A stretch of 64,000 nt of DNA from Monocercomonoides exilis PA203 (lineage: Eukaryota > Protista > Preaxostyla), in the NCBI GenBank assembly GCA_001643675.2, contig LSRY02000010.1, forward strand, positions 248,001-312,000, in the 5' to 3' direction. Positions 23,971-33,223 of this stretch are shown here, piece by piece. The notes below the pieces were generated by a model that was not told the origin of the DNA, made no database searches, and saw only the letters and a list, made by a program, of their open reading frames with translations. The stretch's first letter is position 1; every line of letters begins with the position of its first letter. The position numbers and the translations under genes were made by a program.

Positions 23971-24807
23971 TTCAGATGAAATGAAAAGATCCGGTTTACT
24001 GGTTTACAGGTTGACGCTTCCAGCACGAAGATTTTTGTCAATATTTCCCTTCTCCCAGCATCTCGATGTTTCCACAATTTGGAATCCTGAACACAGGTGG
24101 ACACTTTTTCTGTGCAAAAATATTGATGTTGGCAATCAACTTTAATTCCATCGTAACTTCTGTATGATTCAATCAACAAAACAAATAATGTGAACCACTT
24201 GTTATTTTTCGACAATTTGCCCATTTTGCCCACTTTGCTCAGTTTGCCCGTTTGTCCATATTATTTGGAGAATGAAATTGACACGGCGCATCCTGTGCAC
24301 AAAATGCAGGTGAAAAGCTCGGAGATTTATAACAATATCTCCATGCCACAGAATCACTCACATCACCTGACCAGTTTAACCGGTGAAGGCAAACAACCAT
24401 AAACTTTTTCCATCAACTCATCTCACATCTCATCACTTTCGATTAGCTTTCTCCTCAATATCTTAATCAATTTCTACTGTTTTTAAGATACATGTTCATT
24501 GGAATCCTCAGTTTTATCATTTCGTTTTTCCTGAAACTGTTTTATTTGTTTCTGTCGAGCCGCTTTTGCTTCTTCCACAGTTGTGAATATCTTCTTCAGA
24601 CCCATTTGGTATAAAACAAAAAACGAAATCAATTATTTTTATTTGCTATTTCACCCACGCTTACATCACATGTTCAACACATGTTCAACTCATGTATTTC
24701 ATCAACGAAAACACAATTTTTCACACAATTTCACCAATTATTTACCAACTTGAACATAACTTTTGTTAATCTTCCAGTTAATCTTTTTGCTAATTCTCCT
24801 CCTTGGA

Positions 24808-25054
24808 GATATGGTATATCAGCTATGGATATATCTCGATTACACCTATCAATAACTCCATCTTTATAGAACATCACTAAATATCTAATCATGAGAAACC
24901 CCATAAGAATATCAGCAATAACCCTCGATCTCTAACTTATTATCATTGCTTATTCCAAATTATGATACAAGATGATAACAGCCAGTAGATATTCATAAAT
25001 CGATAATATTGATTGACCTAATCGAGATGGATCTATAGCCGAAAACCATATATC
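24808..25054. repeat. Long imperfect hairpin near the right end of the viral element
   Basis: gatatggtatatcagctatggatatatctcgatta (24808-24842) pairs imperfectly with taatcgagatggatctatagccgaaaaccatatatc (25019-25054); further patchy pairing inside. Confidence 0.6.
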
Positions 25055-25657
25055 AAAAACACAATAAAATCGTTCCATTTTTTGACATTTTTGAAATGTT
25101 GGAAAACTTTATGTTTTGATTTCTAGGATACCTGTTTTCGGAAATGAAAATCAATATAATATCAAAATTTGAGAAAGTGTTATAGAGTTATGAGTTAAGC
25201 AATTATTCAATGCCATGCGCAAAAAAAACTTTAAAGTCCATATTTTCCCCCATTTGTGCGTATTCGGTTATTTGAATAACAAAAAAATCATTTATGCACG
25301 CTTTTTAATTTTCAATCTTATTAGGAACCTTTTTTCACAAATGATAATCGCAAAAAGAAAATAATTACGACTTCTTATGTATTTTTCACCTTTATTAAAT
25401 TTGACACAAACTCATATGTGTGATTATTTTTGAAATCATAAAATTTTTTTGGGGTTTGTGTTATTTTCTCATTCGCAGTTAATTGCAAAAGAATTTTCAA
25501 AAAAGTGTCACTTGCTTTTAAATTGTAGTCTTTCAAACGCATGTTGTCACGGAAAGATTAAGTTCATTTCTGATTTTAATGAAAACATGGAATTAATTTT
25601 CAAGTGTTTTTGACCAATTGTTAATTCGAAAATTTTGATAGAAAAAAATATGAAATC

Positions 25658-25816
25658 AAAAAAAAAGAAAAGAAAAAAAAGAAAAAGAAAAAGAAAAGAA
25701 AAAAAGAAAGAAATAAAGAAATAAAGAAATAAAGAAAGAAAAGAAAAGAAAAGAAAAGAAAAGAAAAAAAAAAGAAAGAAAAGAAAAGAAGAAAAAAAAA
25801 GGAAAAGAAAGAAAAA
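25658..25816 (+). repeat. (GAAAA)n polypurine simple repeat
   Basis: Direct reading of the sequence. Confidence 0.95.
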
Positions 25817-25828
25817 TTTTACACACAT

Positions 25829-26087
25829 GGGTGATTATTTTTGAAATCATAACTTTTTTCGGTGTGTCGATAATTATGAAAAATCATTGTCATTAACCTT
25901 ATAATTATCATTTGAATATAAATGCTATTTAATAGTATCAAAAACAAAAGGTTGATGAAAAATAAAGAAAGAGATGTTATTTATTAGAATTATCACTTTT
26001 CATTATTCATTAACAAAACTTTTAAAACAAAATTGAAAAAAACCGAAATTTTTGTTCAAACAAATATGATTTCAAAAATTATCACCC
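25829..26087. mobile_element. MITE with GGGTGAT(T/A)ATTTTTGAAATCATA TIRs flanked by AT
   Basis: 25827-25851 vs reverse complement of 26065-26089 match at 24/25; a third copy lies at 25416-25440. Confidence 0.6.
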
Positions 26088-26331
26088 ATATTTATTCTGA
26101 AAATCGTATTGTGAGTTAAAAAAGTGAAATAAGAAAAGAAGGCCAAATATAACATAGAAAAGGTTCAATACAAGTTAAAAGAAATAATGCAGGAATGAAG
26201 AATTGAGATGCTATGGCTTTTACGGTCGGTAAGAAATATTTTCTTCATGGCCAGCAAGTTTATGACTTAGATCCTATTTTTATCAAAAAGATAATTGACT
26301 TTTTTAACACAAATATTACTTTTAAAAGATA

Positions 26332-27449
26332 CACCAAAAATAATTCAAAATCGAAAATTAATAATTCGAATTCGGAAATTAATTATTCAATTTCGTAATT
26401 TATTAATTCGATTTCGAAAAACTTTAATTCAAAATCGAAAATGATTATTTCAATTTCGAAATCCATTATTAACTGAAATTTTTAATTTTTCTCAAGAATG
26501 GATTTCAGAAAAATTCAAGTTATTTTTTAACCACTCATATTTTATTACTCAAAAAAAACTTTTTTTTTTTATTGCAACAATCAATAAATCAATTCTTTAA
26601 AATTTTTTTTCCATTTTTGAAAATCATCATACAAATAATAATAATATAATAGTTGGGTGCAAAACCCGCACTTGTGCAAAAACCCGCACACTTGACATTT
26701 TCTTTCGAAATACTCTTCCACATTCATATATGTGAAAGCGTTTGGCATTTTGATGCCACCTATAACCAAAAACAAAAATTTTTGATCTTTTTTGATCTTT
26801 GGATCAAAAATTTTTGTTTTTGATTTTTCATTCGAAATACTTAATATTGGACAAAAAAAAGTTATAGGTTGCATCAAAATGCCAAACGCTTTCACATATA
26901 TGAATGTGGAAGAGTATTTCGAAAGAAAATGTCAAGTGTGCGGGTTTTTGCACAAGTGCGGGTTTATGCACACACCATAATAAAAATTCATTCTATTGAA
27001 TCATTTAATAAAAATTGAAAAAATTTAATTATGATTATTGAATTATTTCTTCACAATAATGTGATTGTTTCATTGGCAAAATTTTGAATAATACCTGTTT
27101 TAATCATTAAAATGTATTTATTTCCTTTTCAAATTTACTTCAATCAATAAATTTTCATTCAAAATGAAAGAAAATTTTAAAATGAAAATGCGTCATTTTT
27201 CAAATATAGATAAACATAATTTGCTGATGAGACAAAAATTTAAAGAATTTATAACCCCAAATACAAGTTATTCATTCCACAAAACAAAAAAATTTTCGTT
27301 TCGAAATCGAATTATTCTTTTTCGAAATCAAATTTATAAATTACGAAATAAAATTATTAATTTCCGAATTCGAATTATTAATTTTCGATTTTGAATTATT
27401 AATTCCGAAATTGAATTATTCTTTTTCGAATTTGAATTATTTTTAGGTG
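26332..27449. mobile_element. Foldback/MITE-like element with ~21-bp subterminal tandem repeats, TA-flanked
   Basis: ta|cacc...ggtg|ta termini; aataattcaaaatcgaaaattaataattcgaattcggaaattaat (from 26339) is matched in inverted orientation around 27357-27401. Confidence 0.7.
26662..26965. mobile_element. Young MITE with 105-bp inverted arms and an internal hairpin
   Basis: 26662-26766 vs 26861-26965 differ at one position; the spacer holds a 20-bp IR (26768-26787 / 26802-26821). Confidence 0.85.
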
Positions 27450-28095
27450 TATATTTCAGAATGCTGTTAAAAATGTGAATTTAAAAGTCAATTAATTTAT
27501 TCATTGATTGTGGCATTTGTTTGCTTATAAAAAGTTAAAATAAGTTTCAAAGAAAAAGGGTTGAGACAAAAATCTGACGTCAATGTGAAATGTGAACCAT
27601 TCATCATGTTTCACCAGAGTTAATAAAATAGAAAAGAAATTTGACAAAAATCAATTTTTTGAAAAGATTTTTTTCCATTTTTTGTTTTTCAACATTTGCA
27701 CACGAACAACAAATCGAATAAAACGAAGCAAATAATCGAATTTGAAAAAATCGTTAACTGATGGACATGTTTCTTGGTTCTGTTCTTTTCAAGCATTTTG
27801 TCCATGACGATAAAAATAGGGTGATTTATAAACCCGAACTTTTTTTTTATTTTGGTTTGATATAAAAAAAATTTTTTTTGAAACAATCATGTTTTAATTT
27901 TGAAAATTGAAATGATCAATAATAAACATAATCAACAAGTTCTCTTTTTACAGTTTTTCTGGAATTTTTCTGCTTTGATTCATCATCCAAAATATCATCA
28001 TTCAAAATGTGGGATTTATTAAATCTTCTTTTTTGGGGCTTTTCAGCTTCGAAAAGAATTTTTTCTTCTTTTTCATCATTATTATCTTTTCTTTT

Positions 28096-29512
28096 CTAAT
28101 CTTCTTTCATTTTCTTTTCTTTTTTCCATTCTTCAAGAAATTTTTGTTCAGTAATAATTTTTCCAAAAAAATCAAACCTGTGTGTTCTCTTTTTCAGTGT
28201 AACCGAAGGTTCCTTTGGAAGTGTTGATAATACGGAATTCCATTCGTTTAAAAGCACGCCGTTTTTCATGAACGAAGAAACAACAGTTACAGGAAGCAAT
28301 TCCGTCTGAAGAGCTTGTGGAAGAACGTTGGAAATGGCCTCACGTCGAAGAGAAATGGAAGAATCTGGAGGCACAAAGAAAAGAGAGTTGATGCATTTTT
28401 TGAATACAGCAAATACACCACGATCAAGAGGTTGTGTGATGTGTGAACTGTGAGGAATAAAAGTGACGACGTCAATGTTGTTATCAGCAAATTTCTGCCA
28501 TATGTCAGGCTGAGCCCGAGAAGAATGAGAATCCAAAAGCAGAAGACATCTCTCGTTGGTTTTCATTAATATTTTCCTTCTTTCGATGATTCCAGTTAAT
28601 AAAACCTCTTCTGCGTATCTTTGAAATATGCTTTCCGTCATCCATCCATCCTTGTTATCCCAAACATCAATGAATGCGCTCAAAAGAACTCGCATTTCCT
28701 TTGGTAATTTGTGGCATGGCCACAACACAATGCTTTTGAGAGAATATCCATCTGCAGCAGCTGCGACAACCAAAGTGGCATTTGGCATGTTTGTGGGTGT
28801 TGTGTGAAATCCAGCTGGAACTCCTGTGGGGTGAATCACAAGATTTTTGAAGGAATCCGATAAGCGGAGTGAAGATTCATCGGTGTCAAAGATCAGAGAA
28901 GGTGAATAATGATGAGAATTGTGAAGATTTTGTAGAAGCTCGTAGAAACGAAGCAGAGCTTGTTGATTGGATACTGAAAGACGTTGGATATCCACATTTC
29001 TGGGCATGGACGCTTTGAGCTCAGAATTCCTTTTTGCAAAAAGATATGGATATGATTTGGACACACTGGAATTTTCATCAACATCAGTTTCTGATCGTCT
29101 TTTTTTGTCGGATAGGACGGATTCCATCTGAAAAATATTTATTATTAAAAACGAAATATAAATAAATGTGTAATCAAACTAATTCTCTTGTTCTCTTTGC
29201 ATTTAAACTTGTTCCGGATAAACTTTCGTTTTTTATAACTCCAACAATAATATTCTTGTCATCTTCATAGAATAGTTCTGGCCTGCCAGATTTTCCAACA
29301 TCTCTTCCACTTTCAACCGCTGAAACTGCTCTGATAACTGCAGAACGCGAGAATTCTTTTGAATTAATTGCGTCGACAATTCGTACATGACCATCTACAA
29401 CAATACGTGCCATGCGTTCTAATCGATTTTCAATTCTTCGATATTCAAATGACATCTTTTTTTCTCGAAGAATTAACTGTCCTCGTTCTTTTTTATTTTC
29501 AACAACACTCAT
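28096..29512 (-). CDS. pogo/Tc5-type DD35D transposase, two exons
   Basis: Exon 1 has an HTH and GRP motif; phase-0 GT-AG intron 29179-29128; exon 2 has DTDESS, AAADG, DGWMT, LLLLDSHSSR and IPHSSHITQPLD. Confidence 0.85.
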
Positions 29513-30354
29513 AACAAAAAAATTCTGGTGATGATCTAATTCTAATTTTTGGAAAAAAAATTTTTTTTGGAATGAAAAAAAATCAAAAAAATATTTTCGA
29601 TTAAATTCTAACTTAGTCAGCCCCGTTGCTATTACCTAATTTCCTCAGGGGAGGCACTAATCGAGAGATGGAGGAGCTAACCCTCCCCCATCAGAGATTA
29701 GGTATAGTAATTTAATCAAGAATTTCAGTCATTGATTTTTCCTTATATACCAGAGCTTTTTCGTATATATCTATGATATGTGCAAAGAATAACTGATTGT
29801 GAATTGGAAAAAATTAATTTGATTTGATTGAATCAAATATGATTTTACTCAATCAGAATCTTGATCACTTTCAAATTTTGTTATATACCACTTTCGATCG
29901 ACAAAACTTTGTTTGTTCTTTTTCGTTTGATATTTGCATTTTGGGGTATTAAGACTTTCTTCAAACTAATTATTTATGTTTTTTTCGATATTTTTACAAA
30001 CTGTCAAATTGTATAAGTGTTTCTGATTCGGATCGAATCAGTTGGATAAAATCATTTTTTTTTGAACGAAGTATATTGTGCCAACAAAAAAAACCAACAT
30101 TATATATTCATTTTTATCTCGTTTCAGCTTTTCCAACTTTCGTTTTTTGAATATCACTTCGATTAAACATCAAAACCACAATATGGTCTAATATGATTTT
30201 TATTCATAATTTTTTGAAACATCAGATATTTTTTTTAGAAAAAAAAGTTGTTAATAATAAATGATTATAATTTATAAATAATTAGAAACATGTCATTAAA
30301 AGCGAATGAATGATATGAAGATAAAAAAGCACTGAGAATAATATTCAAAGTATT

Positions 30355-30651
30355 TTATTGTGAATTAAAAACAGGAAAATGTATTCTCTCTTGAGACGGA
30401 GTTACAAATGAAGCTAAAGAACCAAAAGAAAAATTTCTTTCGTTCTCGGAGCTCATTTGAGATTTTAAGGGTGATTGATTTGTAGATGTTGAATTCAATG
30501 AAGGAATTGACGTTGAAGATGATATTGTTGATGCTGATCGAGAAGAATCTGAAATTGAAGAATCTTCCAAGATCGAAAAATCAGATTGAATTGTTTCAAA
30601 ATTATGAGACGATGATAAAAACGACATAAAAGGATTTGTTGATGTTGTTGA

Positions 30652-30740
<89 letters not shown>

Positions 30741-32221
30741 TTGATGTTGATGTTGATGAGACAGAAGAAATCGATGAAGACGTCGATTGCGAAGATAGAA
30801 TATTAATAAAATCATCTGAAGAGAGATTTAAAGAGTCCCATTGCATTGGAAGATGCCAAGAGTGAAAACAATCTGGTTTTTGTTGTTCGTTGTCTTCTTT
30901 TTGTCTTTCTTTTTCTAAAATTTCATCTCTTCTCTCGTTTCTTTCACTTGTCACTTTCTGGACTTCGTTTCTTCTTCTTTCTGTCGCTTGAAGCCTCTGT
31001 AAATCTAAATGATCTATAACAGAATAATAAAAAATAATTAATATGGTTAAATAAAAATTAAAAAAATTTTTTTTTACAAAATGAAAAATTCAATAATGGT
31101 AAAATAACGAAAAATAAGCCTCTTATTTCCTCGATATTTATAGAAATGTTGGGTTCCATGGAAGTTCCAGGATTGAGTCTATTCTTCAATTTGGTCATGT
31201 GTCTTTCATTCGCTCTTCTTTTTGCTTCTTTCCTTTCGGTATTTTCCCTCAAAATATCATTTAAAATTCGAGTGTTTGCTTCAAAATCTCTTGATGTGAG
31301 TGGATTATGTAGTATATGAAAATTTGTGAGGCAACAGGCGACCAAAAAATAGTCAGAAACTTTTGATTCATCAAAAACAAAAGGACGACGAGATATTGTG
31401 AACAAAGTTTTCAACGTTCCAAAAAATCTTTCAACCACTACTCTATGAGATGCCAACTCTGGAGTGCCAACAGGTTTTGTTATAATTGCTTCTAGTTCGG
31501 GCTTTGCACCGATGTATGCAGAATCTGCGAGAATTTTTGCTCCTCCAAGTTGAGATTGGAAAGTTGGATAATGATCCTTAAATATGGTAAAGTCATGAGT
31601 TGAACCTGTGTACACAGAACTAACAGTGCTGACAGTTCCCAACCTGGGATTGACACCCACCTCCGATTATACACAGTACATATGATGTTTTCCACTGAAA
31701 TATTTTTTTCCATATTCCAATTTTCCTCCTGGGCGATTAATTGGAATTACTGTTCAATCAACAACTACGCCGACATTCTCATAACCTGTTATTCTTTCTG
31801 GTCTGAATGAAATGAACAATTGTGAAAGCTGATTTTTCAATTTTTCAACAGAAGAATGAAGAAGACGAACTGTTGATGTTTGAGATGAATGTCTTGGCTT
31901 TGCAAGAAGATGAGTTAATGTGCAAGATCCATGATGAAGAAAGTTGAGAAGGATAAAGAGCTGTTTTTCAAGAGAATTAATTGCTTTCGTTCTTCCTCGT
32001 TGTGGGTGTGAATAATCGGAAAGAAGACATAAAAGAATGTTGAATTCTGAACGAGCAAAGCCCGTCAGTCGAAAAAATGCAATTGATGGGTCTGTAAATT
32101 TTTTTAATGCTAAATCTATAATACTTCGAGGAACTGAATCTTCTTCATCATGATATTGATTTGGAATGGTATTTCTTTGCTCCAAATGTTCCAAAATTGA
32201 TAATAAAGGATTTTGAGACAT
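30355..32221 (-). pseudogene. PIF/Harbinger-type (DDE_Tnp_4) transposase with two in-frame stops and a probable GC-AG intron
   Basis: FFRLTG, VVD*T (TGA 31754), YFSGKHHMYCV* (TAA 31667), GSTHD, LADSAY, RVVVERFFGTLK, CCLTN are all in one frame. Intron 31119-31014 would join the Ser/Thr-rich exon ending at 30355 in frame. Confidence 0.85.
30637..30758. repeat. (GTT)n/(GAT)n trinucleotide microsatellite (poly-Ser/Thr on the minus strand)
   Basis: Direct reading of the sequence. Confidence 0.9.
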
Positions 32222-33223
32222 GATAAATTTTCAGAAATATTTATTAATAACAATTTTGACCATTATTTCAATTTTTTCTTAAATGATCATAATCCCCGAA
32301 TTTCTGAATTATGAATTGAGTCAATCAAAACTGATTTGATTGAAGATAAATAGAATTAAATCGATATATTTTATATTGAATATATTCAAATTGAAATGCT
32401 TAAATAAATATAGTAAAGTTCTACTGAAAACAATATAAAAAATATAAAAAGTGGGAAAAATCAACTTATTATTAAAAAAAAAGTCCGGGTTAATAAATCA
32501 CCCTAAAATTTTTTCTTCTTTAAGAATTTCGCACTTCTCATAAAATTGACTTTTTTTGTTATAAAGTGGCATTTAAAAATTTACGATGATACGACTGCAG
32601 AAAAAGCTAGGAACAAAGATTTTTTGATTAAAAGCAAGTATTTTGCACCTAAAAAATTTAATTCAAAGTAAAAATGAAGGGAGCAATTAATTTTTTGTAC
32701 AAAATTTTGATTTCATAAAATTTTAGTAGTTCATTATTTCACAACTTGAAAATTTTAATATTTATTATTTATATTTTCGTAACATGTTGACATTCAACTC
32801 GAATTTTTATGAATTGAGTCCTCGCAAATTTTAATAACTTTTAGATGAGAAATGCATGATGGCATCCCACTTGCATAATGAACAGAAGAATGCCCAAAAG
32901 AAAATGAAGGAAAAAAAAAAAAGCAAATACAAAGTTTTGTAGATATAAAAAACACATTAAAAGAAGAAAAATTCAGCTGTGGTCATCATCCCGGCGTATG
33001 CAGGTCTCATACACACACAACGAAAAAAAAAAAAACATATGAAATGAATGCAACAAACATTCGTTTGTGAAATCAAATTTGAGAAAATTTATTCACAATC
33101 ATCCACAAGGATTCGATCAAGCTTTTCAAACACCCATAACTTACAGAAAGTGCGATAAGAATAGTGAATAAAAATTAGTGTCCTACACGAACTAAATAAA
33201 TAAAATGCAGAACTGAACTCCGA

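Larger units (their letters stand above)
10568..25054. mobile_element. Decayed Maverick/Polinton-type endogenous DNA virus, left end apparently truncated
   Basis: Intronless, tightly packed cluster of rve integrase, protein-primed PolB, A32/FtsK-type packaging ATPase, primase-SF3 helicase, fibre gene and small ORFs. Many in-frame stops and several frameshifts. Boundaries are approximate; no matching TIR pair found. Confidence 0.85.
27819..32503 (-). mobile_element. TIR-bounded 4.7-kb DNA transposon carrying pogo-type and PIF/Harbinger-type transposase genes
   Basis: 31-bp TIRs GGGTGATTTAT(A/T)AACCCG(A/G)ACTTTTTTTTTA at 27819-27849 and 32473-32503 (2 mismatches), each flanked by TA. Confidence 0.75.

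Noticed and set aside
24400-24605. Small minus-strand ORF remnant (MGLKKIFTTVEEAKAARQKQ...)
   Set aside because: Plausible element gene but short, with several stops and no assignable family.
10568-25054. Bacterial prophage or contamination explanation for the phage-like fibre gene
   Set aside because: The fibre gene overlaps a eukaryote-type rve integrase, lies beside pPolB, shares the same decay, and is flanked by intron-containing host genes and eukaryotic TEs; long reads would settle it.
26581-26980. Mirror-image ORFs with CxxC motifs (MPNAFTYMNVEEYFERKCQVCG) on both strands
   Set aside because: By-product of the 105-bp inverted repeat; no evidence of coding.
26339-27440. CRISPR-like periodic repeats
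   Set aside because: Tandem ~21-bp AT-rich units without unique spacers, arranged as inverted arms of a foldback element; eukaryotic context with no cas genes.
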